This document shows, piece after piece, positions 10,739 through 20,705 of a stretch of DNA of 64,000 bases. The DNA comes from Nitrososphaeraceae archaeon. Lineage in GTDB: Archaea; Thermoproteota; Nitrososphaeria; Nitrososphaerales; Nitrososphaeraceae. Made by a program: the position numbers and the translations under genes. How positions within the stretch are numbered: the first letter of the stretch is position 1; each line of letters opens with the position of its first letter. The stretch lies in contig DATFEP010000012.1 of assembly GCA_035250975.1 (NCBI GenBank), positions 19,870 to 83,869 on the forward strand, written 5' to 3'. The notes below the pieces were generated by a model. The model did no database searches. It saw only the letters and a list, made by a program, of their open reading frames with translations, and was not told where the DNA came from.

Positions 10739-11470
10739 ATGATTATACGAGTTAATAGTCTGAAAAAAATCCAGAAAAGGGTGAAGGATGAGAAATTCCG
10801 AGAAATACCGATAACTTCAGACCAGATGTACAAAATTGAAGACGTGGGTCACAACAAGTTCGGTATGAAAAAGGTCTTAATGATGGAAAATGCAGGTTAT
10901 GGAATAGCAGAATTGATATTAAAGAAATTTAAAAAAATAGACGATTTAAAAATTACAGTTGTTTGTGGGACAGGTAATAATGGTGGCGATGCCATGGTTG
11001 CATCAAGACATTTATCCATTCACTCCAGGAAACCTATAAAAATAATTGTACTTGGAGATTTAAATAAAATAAAAACAGAAGAAGCATTAACAAATTTTGA
11101 GATAATCAAGAAAATGCATAAAACCATAAGAATATATTATAAATTAGACACACAAATAAAGAATGAAATATTAGCATCTGACATAATAATTGATGGTATT
11201 TTTGGAACTGGGATAAAAGGAGATATCAAAGAACCTCAGGCACTTATAATTGATTTAATAAATAAATCTAAAGCTCATGTCATCTCTGTAGATATACCTT
11301 CAGGTTTAGACCCTGATACTGGTAACATAAATTCTAATTGCGTCAAAGCTGACAGTACTATAACTTTTCACAGAATTAAAAATGGACTTTTACATAATAA
11401 AAAATATACAGGTACAATCTATTTGAAAAAAATAGGCATTCCAATGGAAGTTGAGGGTGGAATAATATAA
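10739..11470 (+). CDS. nnrE: NAD(P)H-hydrate epimerase (YjeF N-terminal)
   Basis: MENAG, CGTGNNGGD, DGIFGTG, SVDIPSG. Confidence 0.93.
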   Translation: MIIRVNSLKKIQKRVKDEKFREIPITSDQMYKIEDVGHNKFGMKKVLMMENAGYGIAELILKKFKKIDDLKITVVCGTGNNGGDAMVASRHLSIHSRKPIKIIVLGDLNKIKTEEALTNFEIIKKMHKTIRIYYKLDTQIKNEILASDIIIDGIFGTGIKGDIKEPQALIIDLINKSKAHVISVDIPSGLDPDTGNINSNCVKADSTITFHRIKNGLLHNKKYTGTIYLKKIGIPMEVEGGII

Positions 11471-11471
11471 A

Positions 11472-12098
11472 ATGACCTTGAAAATAGAACAAATCCAAGT
11501 AGGTCAAATGGCAAATTTTACATATCTCATTATAGATGAAGAAGAAAAGGAAATAGCAATTATTGATCCGTCATGGGATCTTGATAAGATATTTGAAATT
11601 ATTAAAAGAAATTCATACAGGGTAAAATTCATTATCAATACTCATACACATTTTGATCATATTTTAGGAAATGAACAAGTTTTAGCCATTACTAATTGTC
11701 AAATTGTTCAACACGAAAATTCTATTGATAGACACGATATAGCAGTTAAAGATGGAGATAGAATAAGAGTTGGAAACATCGTTATAGATATATTGCATAC
11801 ACCTGGACACTCAAAAGATAGTATTTGTTTAATCGTAGACTCGAAAATAATTTTCACTGGAGACACATTGTTTGTTGGAAACTGTGGTCGTATAGATCTT
11901 CCTGGAGGCAATGTTAACGAAATGTATGACAGTCTGTTGAGAAGGATAATTAAATTAAACGACGAATTAACAGTTTACCCTGGTCATAACTATGGAATGA
12001 AGACTGTATCAACTATAGGAGAAGAAAAGAATACGAATTATGTTCTAGCTCCAAGAACTCTACAGGAGTTTATTCAATTTATGACCGGAGAAGAATAG
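11472..12098 (+). CDS. metallo-beta-lactamase fold hydrolase (glyoxalase II family)
   Basis: THTHFDH, HTPGHS, TGDTLF, YPGH. Confidence 0.92.
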   Translation: MTLKIEQIQVGQMANFTYLIIDEEEKEIAIIDPSWDLDKIFEIIKRNSYRVKFIINTHTHFDHILGNEQVLAITNCQIVQHENSIDRHDIAVKDGDRIRVGNIVIDILHTPGHSKDSICLIVDSKIIFTGDTLFVGNCGRIDLPGGNVNEMYDSLLRRIIKLNDELTVYPGHNYGMKTVSTIGEEKNTNYVLAPRTLQEFIQFMTGEE

Positions 12099-12101
12099 TC
12101 T

Positions 12102-13211
12102 TTGGTAAAACTATTTGAAGATATAACATTAGTCAATAATAAAATCAATATAAATGATTTAAAGATTATTAATCCAATATTCGTTTGTGTAATATCACAC
12201 ACGGAAACTAGTAAAATTCAGGGATTGACTGTTGCAGGAGCTAACCCAAACCTGATTAAATTTACACCACCTGCAGATGCCGAATTCCTGTATTATGGTA
12301 AATGTATTTGTATTAAAGGAGTTCCAGCAACTCCAGATGGAAAACCTACACCAGCAATTATTACTAGAACTTCGTTAAATATTGCTGATATTCCTTTCAT
12401 TGTAGTAGACGCAGGTGTAAAAATTAAACCAGCTATACCATTTTTTTCCTTTGATCTTAACCATGGAAACAATATAACTGAAGAAATAGCTATGAGCCTT
12501 GAAGATGTAAAGAAAGCATATTTGTATGGCAAATTACTTGGAGAACAACTTGCTAAAAATAATGATCTAGTGATCCTTGGGGAGAGTATTCCTTCTGGTA
12601 CCACAACAGCATTAGGTGTAATGTTGTCTTTGGGAATTGATGCCACCTATAAAATAAGCAGCAGTATGCCAAACAACCCACATGAATTGAAAAATAAAAT
12701 AATTGCATCAAGCATGGAAAGAAATAAGATTAAATTCGGAGAATTTAAAGAACAACCATTTAACGCCGTTTCTTATTTAGGTGACCCCATGATTCCATCT
12801 ATTGCGGGTATAGCCACAGGAGCATTGGAAAATGGATGTAGAGTGATGTTAGCAGGAGGTACTCAGATGTGTGCGATTTTAACATTACTAAAACGTTTAG
12901 AAATAAAAACAAATAAAATCATTATTGGAACGACAAACTATATTTTGGATGATTTACAGTCGGATTTTGAAAATTTGGTCTATTCTATAGATAGAGAAAT
13001 AGGAATTCTGGCTGTCGATCTACACATGAAGGAATCAAATAAACAAGGACTAAGAGCCTTTGCTGAAGGTTTTGTAAAGGAAGGAGTAGGTGCTGGAGGA
13101 ACATCGATCGTAGCAATAATCAGAACAAAAGGACGGGTCAATAGTTGGACTCTCTTAAGAAATATAGAAAAAGAATATGAATCAAAAATAGAAGAGAATA
13201 TAGTTATTTGA
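12102..13211 (+). CDS. cobT: archaeal nicotinate-mononucleotide:base phosphoribosyltransferase CobT (TIGR00303)
   Basis: TPPADAE, PTPAIIT, GESIPSGTTTA, LAGGTQM, GFVKEGVGAGG. Confidence 0.9.
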   Translation: MVKLFEDITLVNNKININDLKIINPIFVCVISHTETSKIQGLTVAGANPNLIKFTPPADAEFLYYGKCICIKGVPATPDGKPTPAIITRTSLNIADIPFIVVDAGVKIKPAIPFFSFDLNHGNNITEEIAMSLEDVKKAYLYGKLLGEQLAKNNDLVILGESIPSGTTTALGVMLSLGIDATYKISSSMPNNPHELKNKIIASSMERNKIKFGEFKEQPFNAVSYLGDPMIPSIAGIATGALENGCRVMLAGGTQMCAILTLLKRLEIKTNKIIIGTTNYILDDLQSDFENLVYSIDREIGILAVDLHMKESNKQGLRAFAEGFVKEGVGAGGTSIVAIIRTKGRVNSWTLLRNIEKEYESKIEENIVI

Positions 13212-13287
13212 ACTGTGTACAATAAGTTTTACTTTATATTAACATAAAACTATTTCCAATCAATATTTACCTGTTCTTAGAAAATAT

Positions 13288-15054
13288 TCATCTCACAGTC
13301 ACTGATTTTGCAAGATTTCTCGGATAATCAGGATTAGCATCTTTTTTTAAGGCTAAGTAATAAGAGAGTATTTGTAATGGAATAATTTCAAGAATTGGAT
13401 ACATCAATTCATCAATTGTAGGAAGTCTTATAAAATAATCGTAAGTGTCATTATTTTGGTTTGATATACCAATAATTTTTGCCCCTCTAGATTTCATTTC
13501 GTAAACACTATTTAATGTATCAGTAAATGTATCATCACATGGATTAATAACAATCACAATAGTGTTAGTTTCGACCAACGCTAACGGTCCATGTTTAATC
13601 TCGCCTGCAGCTATTCCCTCTGCATGAATATAGGCTAGCTCTTTGATCTTAAGTGACCCCTCCAAAGCTATAGAATAATGCAAAGATTTGCCCAGGATAT
13701 AAATGTCCTGGGAAGATTTAATTTTTTCTGCTATTGTTTCAATATGTGGTTCTAATGACAATATATTTTTCATGCTATCATTAAATGTATTCATAAATTC
13801 ATTAATATCTATTTTATCAGGACATAATTTTTCGACTATAGAATAAAGTATTGCTAGTTGACCTGTAAAACTTTTGGTTGCAGCCACACCTATTTCAGGA
13901 CCGCAATTAATGGCAATAAAATGATCACTAAGCCTTGCAAGAGAAGATGTAGAAACATTCACAATTGAAAGGATTTTTGCATGTTTTTGTCTTGCCATTT
14001 TGACTGAATGTAAAACATCAGCAGTCTCACCACTTTGAGAGATTGCAATCAGAACTGAATTTTCATCTAAAGGACCCAACATGTATTCAAATTCACTGGA
14101 CATAACTATTTCTGTTCTAATATTAGAGAACTTATTTAACAGGTATTTTGCCAATAATGCAGAATGAAAACTTGTACCACTCCCAGTAATAAAAACATTC
14201 TTCGATTCCGACATTATATCAACAAACTTAGTTATTATCTCTTTTTTAGTGCCAAATGCTTTTAGTATTGAATTTTGCTGTTCATGTATTTCTTTTATGG
14301 TATAATGAGCATATTTTCCTTTATCAAGATCACCTAATTCCCATGCGACTTGTGTAACAGGACGAGAGACTGAATTTCCATTAAAATCAAAAATATTTAC
14401 ATCCTGTCTATCTAGAATGACAATATCTTGATTATCAAGAAATATAGATTTGTCAGTGTATTCAAGAAACCCCAAAACATCACTAGAAATGAAGTTTCCA
14501 TCTTTTCCCAACCCTACAATCAAAGGCTCATCTAGTCTTGTTCCTGCAACTAAGCCTGATCTAAAAATAGCAACAAATGCATAAGATCCTTTTAATATCT
14601 TACATGTTTCAATAATTGCTTGTTTAACATCATGTTCTTTTTTATAATGAAGTTCTATAAGATGTGCAATTACTTCGCTATCCGTTTGACTTTGAAATAT
14701 ATGTCCATTTGCAAGTAACTCTTCTTTTATTTGTTTATAATTTTCTATTATCCCATTATGAACAACCACAATCTGATTTTCACAATCTGTATGAGGATGT
14801 GCATTAATTTGGCTGATACCACCATGAGTTGCCCATCTGGTATGTCCAACACCTACCTGCCCTGGCATACTTCCTAATCGAAGGGATTTTTCAACTTCAA
14901 TAACTTTACCAACATCTTTACGGACAAAGATTTTACTACTTTCTAAAGTCGCTATTCCAACACTATCATATCCTCTATATTCCATTCTTTTTAAGCTATC
15001 AACTAATACTGAGGCTGCAGATGACTTTCCTATATATCCAATAATCGAGCACAT
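13288..15054 (-). CDS. glmS: glutamine--fructose-6-phosphate transaminase
   Basis: N-terminal MCSIIG, EYRGYDS, GHTRWATHG, SQSGET, C-terminal PRNLAKSVTV. Confidence 0.97.
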   Translation of the reverse strand: MCSIIGYIGKSSAASVLVDSLKRMEYRGYDSVGIATLESSKIFVRKDVGKVIEVEKSLRLGSMPGQVGVGHTRWATHGGISQINAHPHTDCENQIVVVHNGIIENYKQIKEELLANGHIFQSQTDSEVIAHLIELHYKKEHDVKQAIIETCKILKGSYAFVAIFRSGLVAGTRLDEPLIVGLGKDGNFISSDVLGFLEYTDKSIFLDNQDIVILDRQDVNIFDFNGNSVSRPVTQVAWELGDLDKGKYAHYTIKEIHEQQNSILKAFGTKKEIITKFVDIMSESKNVFITGSGTSFHSALLAKYLLNKFSNIRTEIVMSSEFEYMLGPLDENSVLIAISQSGETADVLHSVKMARQKHAKILSIVNVSTSSLARLSDHFIAINCGPEIGVAATKSFTGQLAILYSIVEKLCPDKIDINEFMNTFNDSMKNILSLEPHIETIAEKIKSSQDIYILGKSLHYSIALEGSLKIKELAYIHAEGIAAGEIKHGPLALVETNTIVIVINPCDDTFTDTLNSVYEMKSRGAKIIGISNQNNDTYDYFIRLPTIDELMYPILEIIPLQILSYYLALKKDANPDYPRNLAKSVTVR

Positions 15055-15131
15055 CTTTACTAATAACCTTAGTAAGTAGATGCTTTAAATAGTCCTTTAA
15101 TGAAAAAGCAATACCGTTATAAAATATTTTG

Positions 15132-15195
15132 TTATGGTTGACCGTAATTTTTTTTTGGAAAAATACAAAGTATACATATATTATTATTACCGGTA
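15132..15195. promoter_or_regulatory. candidate operator palindromes in the glmS / regulator divergent promoter
   Basis: TTATGGT-TG-ACCGTAA (15132-15147, one mismatch) and TACCGGTA (15188-15195) in otherwise very AT-rich DNA. Confidence 0.35.
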
Positions 15196-15225
15196 TAAAA
15201 TAATTTATAACTGATAAAGATAAGA

Positions 15226-16185
15226 TTGAAAAAGAAAACAATCATCTATGAACGTAATGGTAATACAATAAGTAAAAAAATTTTACTATTTGAGAACACA
15301 AAGGATATGCGAATACTATCTAATCAAGTTGCTTGGAAAATAATAGAATTATTATCTAAGAGATCCATGTACCCTGCACAAATAGCTAAGGAATTAAAAT
15401 TATATGAACAAACAACCTATTATTATGTAAGAAAGCTTGTTGAAATAGGTGCCATTGAACAAACCGGAACTAGTCACATACGGGGCGGAACTGCAAGATT
15501 ATATAGTATTACAAGTTCATCTTTTGGTCTAGAGCTCGATTCAGTTGAAGAGATAGAACAAACAGATATTCATCAATTCACAAAAAAGATGACTCAAAAA
15601 AATATTCCATTTTGGTTAGAAGATTACTATAAAGACAATGCATTTTGTGGTTTAATTGTCGTAGGTGCACCTGATCCACACGGTCCGTATAAATCCTCGG
15701 CTAGAGATGGACATTACGCTATTCATTTAAGTTTTTACCTAGGTACTCTGTGTGACCTTTCTTCAAACTTTATAGCAAAACTTGATGTAGATGCAAAGGC
15801 TGAAAAGGACATAGACAATAGAAATCTTATTTTGATAGGTGGTCCAGGTACAAATATAGTAACTTCTGAGTTTAATGATCATTTGCCAATTAAATTCAAT
15901 GAGACTAATTATTGGTCTGGATTAACTGACAATGCAGGACGAATTTATAATATGGACAACCACGGTTTAATTGCAAAAATAAAGAATCCCTATAATCAGT
16001 ATAGGAGTATTATAGTACTTGCAGGAGTCCGATCCATAGGTACAAAGGCAGCTGTAATAGCTTTAACAGATCACGGAGATAAATTGATGAAAAGATATTT
16101 ACACGACGATGATTGGGCAGTAGTAGTCCAAGGTTTTGACATGAACGCAGATGGAAAAATAGACCACGTTGATATAGTTTCTTGA
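15226..16185 (+). CDS. ArsR-like HTH regulator fused to an S-layer-C-like alpha/beta domain
   Basis: N-terminal HTH (KIIELL..MYPAQIAKEL..QTTYYYVRKL..G.I); C-terminal NLILIGGPGTN ... NPYN..IIVLAG..GTKAA. Confidence 0.75.
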   Translation: MKKKTIIYERNGNTISKKILLFENTKDMRILSNQVAWKIIELLSKRSMYPAQIAKELKLYEQTTYYYVRKLVEIGAIEQTGTSHIRGGTARLYSITSSSFGLELDSVEEIEQTDIHQFTKKMTQKNIPFWLEDYYKDNAFCGLIVVGAPDPHGPYKSSARDGHYAIHLSFYLGTLCDLSSNFIAKLDVDAKAEKDIDNRNLILIGGPGTNIVTSEFNDHLPIKFNETNYWSGLTDNAGRIYNMDNHGLIAKIKNPYNQYRSIIVLAGVRSIGTKAAVIALTDHGDKLMKRYLHDDDWAVVVQGFDMNADGKIDHVDIVS

Positions 16186-16195
16186 TATATAGTTA

Positions 16196-16705
16196 TCATG
16201 GGGATTGAGATGTAGCAGGAACAATATCCATGAATTCGTTATGTAGAATAATTTTGGATTCTTCTTCCATTTTGACAGGATATCCCGGAATATTTATGGT
16301 TCTGTCACCTATGGAAACATGGCCGTGAACCACTAACTGTCTAGCTTGATGAGGAGATTTAGTTATGGCCTTTTTCATAACAATAGTTTGTAACCTTCTT
16401 TCTAGAATATCCTCAATCTTTATATTTAATATATCATCTAACGTCGCAGATTCTCCTACAAGTCCCAATCTTTGAAGGTATGTTAAAAGTTTATTTTCTT
16501 TTTCATGTCTACTTTCAGTGGTCAGAGCCAACAGAGCACGTGCCTGATTTCGAATTCCAGCTATCTTGGTCTGCGCTTTCCATAGCTCACGCTTACTTCT
16601 AAGACCGTACGTTCCTAACAAATATAATTCTGAACTTAATTGATCTTTTGTCCAAATCTGTCGTGGTCTTTTAAAGGTTTTTCTAGATTTCTTCGGATCT
16701 CCCAT
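16196..16705 (-). CDS. rps4: 30S ribosomal protein S4 (uS4)
   Basis: MGDPKK, YGLRSKRELW, LERRLQT, ARQLVVHGH. Confidence 0.97.
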   Translation of the reverse strand: MGDPKKSRKTFKRPRQIWTKDQLSSELYLLGTYGLRSKRELWKAQTKIAGIRNQARALLALTTESRHEKENKLLTYLQRLGLVGESATLDDILNIKIEDILERRLQTIVMKKAITKSPHQARQLVVHGHVSIGDRTINIPGYPVKMEEESKIILHNEFMDIVPATSQSP

Positions 16706-17187
16706 TATTCACCACTCTTCTGTACTTTTTGAGCAGCCTGAGCACTCTTACGAACACCTACTGCAGTTCCTCTTCGACCTGTCGTTCTTGTATGTTGTCC
16801 TCTTACTCTCAAACCAAACATATGTCTATATCCCCTCCAACTCATTACTGTTTTCTCACGTTCAATATCATTGGATACTATAAAATCTAAATCTGATGTA
16901 ATTATATGCACATTAGAACCGGTTTCCATATCCTTTCTTCTATTGAAATAAAAATGCGGTATTCCAGTTTTATTGGGATCCTTTAGCGCCATTTCAATAT
17001 CTCCTAGTTCTTTATCTGTAAGAAACCCAACGCGAATATATGGATTAATATTTAATTTTTGAAGCAATACTTGGCCAAAATTATAACCTATTCCCTTTAC
17101 CCTGCTCAGGGCAACAATTATTTTTTTTTCTCCTTCTATATCTTTTCCTGCAATTCTAACAATATGTTTATAGTCTGCTGATGACAA
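16705..17187 (-). CDS. rps13: 30S ribosomal protein S13 (uS13)
   Basis: VRIAGKD, NRRKD, WRGYRH..GLRVRGQHTRTTGR. Confidence 0.97.
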   Translation of the reverse strand: MSSADYKHIVRIAGKDIEGEKKIIVALSRVKGIGYNFGQVLLQKLNINPYIRVGFLTDKELGDIEMALKDPNKTGIPHFYFNRRKDMETGSNVHIITSDLDFIVSNDIEREKTVMSWRGYRHMFGLRVRGQHTRTTGRRGTAVGVRKSAQAAQKVQKSGE

Positions 17188-17580
17188 TTCTAACTAAAAG
17201 GTAAATTTGGGATCCTAAATAAAAATCATACTAGACAAGAACCGCAAAAAAAATAAAATATAAAAATTACATTTAATAGGTCACTTTAAACAACCAAAAT
17301 AGATATATTTCAAAATATTATTATAGAATGTATAATAATTATAAAATTACAAGCGGATCTAGCTATAATAACCATTATATTACATTTTTTTAAAGATATC
17401 ATTTAAAATGGCTAAAAACAATTGTGGAAAAACTGAATACAATCTGTATGATGATAAAACAAACTACGGGAGTTATCTTGAATTACTTGAATTGGCAATC
17501 GAGAATCATTGATTATCAAATTCAAATTTCTGGTAATAAATATTATTATGATCCGCAAGCTACCTGATAATGTTTAAATT

Positions 17581-19269
17581 TTGTCTTTAATAGGAAGAAA
17601 TCTGTTGGATTTTAAAGAGATAAAGAAATTAGTATCTGACTCTTATTCGTCTCAACCCCAATATAATGAAATAATGCCAGGAGTTCCAGAAGAATATAAC
17701 AAGATAAAAACCCTGAGGGAACTGCTATTAATAAACTACAAACATGCGACAGTAGATAAACAGATTAGAGGCAATTTAATTAGATTTCTCAGGAAAGAAG
17801 AAAATCCGTTCAAGGGAATAATCGGTTATGAAGACGATGTAATCCCGGCAATAAACAGAGCGATCCTTTCAGGTCATGACATATTACTTGTAGGACAAAT
17901 CGGACAAGCAAAAACTAAACTAGCTGAAGCAATATCAAAAAACTTACTTTCACATATTCCAATAGTTAGAGGTTCAATAACAAATGATATTCCCACTACG
18001 ATTCCGCAACCAGATCTTATTTCCTTGTTGGAGGATAAAGAAGTATCTCATTATGTACCTAAATTTACTGTTTCAAAGGAAACTGAAGAAATTATTCGTA
18101 GTAATGGACTTGCTACTAAAATCGAGTGGATTAGTGGAAGGGATAGATATAGGTATATTTTAGCTACACCTGACATATCTGTAAAAGATTTAGTAGGACA
18201 AATTGATGCTATCAAAATTGCTAAAAAAGGTGTAGAGATATACAATATTGAGTCATATTCCCCAGGACAATTATTACAAGCAAGACATGGTATTTTATGC
18301 ATCGACGAATTACCTGTATTAGATCCGAGAAAACAAGTTGCTTTGCTAAGTATTCTTCAGGAAGGAAAATTTACGACTGGTTCATACCCTGTGTTTTTTG
18401 AACCCGACTTAAAAATAATAGCAACATCCAATCCAATTGATTATACCCACTCTGGAAAAATAATTGAACCCTTATTTGATAGATTACGTAGTCACATCGA
18501 GACACGATATCCACAAAAAATCATTGATGAAATGCTGATAATTGTTCAAGAGATCAGATCAGATAACCCAGAAAACATCATATTACCTATTTTCATACTT
18601 AAGACGATAGCATTAATCACCAGCATGGCTAGAAAACATGGAGATATCAATCAGGATAAAGGAGTAAGTGTGAGGATGTCAGTACATTCTACCGAAGTTA
18701 TTATCGCAGAAGCAGAAAGAATTAGGTCTATAATATTCGGAGTTAAAGCTGTGCCAAGATTTTCAGATATCCACGGTATCTATCAGACCTCAAAATTTGA
18801 GTTATCTGAACTGGAAGATAACAATCAAAACAGAATAGATACATTAAATAAAATTATTTCAAATTCAATCAACATGATTTCAAAAGAATACATAGACAGT
18901 ATAAGTTCAGAACAGATAAAATTAATAAAAGAGGAATTTCAAAAGAATAAGAAATTTGTTGTATCGCAAAAATTTATTGGAACCAGAGGTTCTGATGTAA
19001 TAGAAAATAGCTATGAGAATCAATTAAGAAATTTTCCAATGTTAGCTGAGGCGATAGACAAAATATCAAATAGTTTGGAAAAAGAAAAAGATGATTTTGT
19101 TAACCGGATAAAGAAGAATGAAATTGTATTAAATGGATTATTATTTTCCGATTATAAAGATTTAGAATATAAATCATCAATCATTGAACTTGTTCTGGAA
19201 GGTTTAAGAAATTTGGATAATCCTATATTAGATAGGAAAGAAAAAGATATCTATGAATATAAAACATAA
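17581..19269 (+). CDS. Mg-chelatase/MoxR-like AAA+ ATPase
   Basis: variant Walker A GQIGQAKT, Walker B ILCIDELP, LATPD..V.DLVG.ID, NP.DYT..GKII.PL.DR. Confidence 0.85.
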   Translation: MSLIGRNLLDFKEIKKLVSDSYSSQPQYNEIMPGVPEEYNKIKTLRELLLINYKHATVDKQIRGNLIRFLRKEENPFKGIIGYEDDVIPAINRAILSGHDILLVGQIGQAKTKLAEAISKNLLSHIPIVRGSITNDIPTTIPQPDLISLLEDKEVSHYVPKFTVSKETEEIIRSNGLATKIEWISGRDRYRYILATPDISVKDLVGQIDAIKIAKKGVEIYNIESYSPGQLLQARHGILCIDELPVLDPRKQVALLSILQEGKFTTGSYPVFFEPDLKIIATSNPIDYTHSGKIIEPLFDRLRSHIETRYPQKIIDEMLIIVQEIRSDNPENIILPIFILKTIALITSMARKHGDINQDKGVSVRMSVHSTEVIIAEAERIRSIIFGVKAVPRFSDIHGIYQTSKFELSELEDNNQNRIDTLNKIISNSINMISKEYIDSISSEQIKLIKEEFQKNKKFVVSQKFIGTRGSDVIENSYENQLRNFPMLAEAIDKISNSLEKEKDDFVNRIKKNEIVLNGLLFSDYKDLEYKSSIIELVLEGLRNLDNPILDRKEKDIYEYKT

Positions 19270-20653
19270 CATCTCCAGAGATTTTGTTTACATTCCTTAT
19301 GAACACAAATTACGAGATAGGAAAACAAATGAGGAAAAAGAAGATGACCAAAATATCTCCAATGAACTGCACAACGAAATACTTAAAACAATAGCGAGAG
19401 AAGTCATAAAGGAAAGGACCCCTACGTTAGAGGAAGTAGAATCAACATTACAGGAATTAATAAGAAGGAAAAAATTGGAAAATAATATTCCCGACGTAGA
19501 TCAATACAATACTAACAGGTACGAATCCCATGTAAAAAAGACAGAGGAAAAAAAACAAGTTCCTGTAATTACTCGCCTTATTAAAAAGGGATATTTGAAG
19601 GATTCAAAAAAATGGTTGAGCAGTAAAGGATTTACAATTATAGGAGGAAAAATATTGCAAGATGTTTTGAATGAATTAAAAAATGGAGATATTGGTTTAC
19701 ATGAAACTAAGAATCTTGGAAACGGTACAATCATTTTGGATACTACAAAAAGATATGAAATTGGCGATGACATTAAACTTATTGATGTTCCAAAATCCTT
19801 ATTGAACTCTATTCAAAGACTTGCAAAAGATAAAAACCATATAAAAATTCCTCTAGAATTGAAGATTGAAGATTTTGAAGAATATGAAACAATGAGGGAT
19901 GTAAGAGTAGCTGTTGTTTACTGTATTGATCTTAGTTCAACTATGAGATATTCTACTTTATATGGAAATTTGAGTAGAATCGAAGCTGCCAAGAAAGCTT
20001 TATGGACACTATATCTGCTTAACAGAAAATATTTTCCATCAGATATTATTGACATTATAGGTTTTGGAGCTCTTGCTTCCAAAATTAAACCGTTAGATAT
20101 TCCCTACCTCAAGACATTTGAACCTGGAACTGATTTTCTTCACTATACCAATTATCAGGCAGCTTTAAGACTAGCAAAAAAAATTTTAGATAAAAAGCCA
20201 GTTCAAAACAAGAGAATAGTACTGATTACTGATGGTCACCCCAGTGCATGCTTTATTGATAGTGAAAGTGAGCAAGAAAAAATATTATCTCTGAGACCAT
20301 ATTCGCATTTTTACGTGCCAGATAAGGATCTAATAAATTCTATAAAACAAACTCACGACATGAGTCTGGACCTAAATGCTAGAGAATTAGTATATTTGTG
20401 TTATAGATATAGACAAGTTGACCAATTTATAGGCGAACGAACAATCATGGAAGCAAGAAGATGTAAAAAATTAGGAACACAGATAGATACAATAATGATA
20501 AGTGAGGAAGATTCACTATTGAATTATGTAAATGAAATGGAAAAGTATGTTAATGGCAGATCTTATTACATAAATCCAGACTCAATAGACAAAATATTAC
20601 TAACAGATTACATAAGTAATAAAAAAATGATTCTACGTTCAGGAAGAAATTGA
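19253..20653 (+). CDS. vWA domain protein, partner of upstream AAA+ ATPase
   Basis: MIDAS-like DLSSTM ... TNYQAAL ... ITDGHP; overlaps upstream ATPase by 17 nt. Confidence 0.85.
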   Translation: MNIKHNISRDFVYIPYEHKLRDRKTNEEKEDDQNISNELHNEILKTIAREVIKERTPTLEEVESTLQELIRRKKLENNIPDVDQYNTNRYESHVKKTEEKKQVPVITRLIKKGYLKDSKKWLSSKGFTIIGGKILQDVLNELKNGDIGLHETKNLGNGTIILDTTKRYEIGDDIKLIDVPKSLLNSIQRLAKDKNHIKIPLELKIEDFEEYETMRDVRVAVVYCIDLSSTMRYSTLYGNLSRIEAAKKALWTLYLLNRKYFPSDIIDIIGFGALASKIKPLDIPYLKTFEPGTDFLHYTNYQAALRLAKKILDKKPVQNKRIVLITDGHPSACFIDSESEQEKILSLRPYSHFYVPDKDLINSIKQTHDMSLDLNARELVYLCYRYRQVDQFIGERTIMEARRCKKLGTQIDTIMISEEDSLLNYVNEMEKYVNGRSYYINPDSIDKILLTDYISNKKMILRSGRN

Positions 20654-20705
20654 TTTTATAAATCACAGTTTAATTTATAAATTAAACGACATCTAGTAAA
20701 ATAAG

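Noticed and set aside
15055-15225. glmS ribozyme upstream of glmS
   Set aside because: Region is very AT-rich with a TATA-like box about 30 nt from the ATG, leaving no room or structure for the ribozyme
17581-20653. Magnesium or cobalt chelatase (ChlI/ChlD) call
   Set aside because: No H/N subunit nearby, and size and motifs fit the uncharacterised ATPase/vWA family better; not fully excluded
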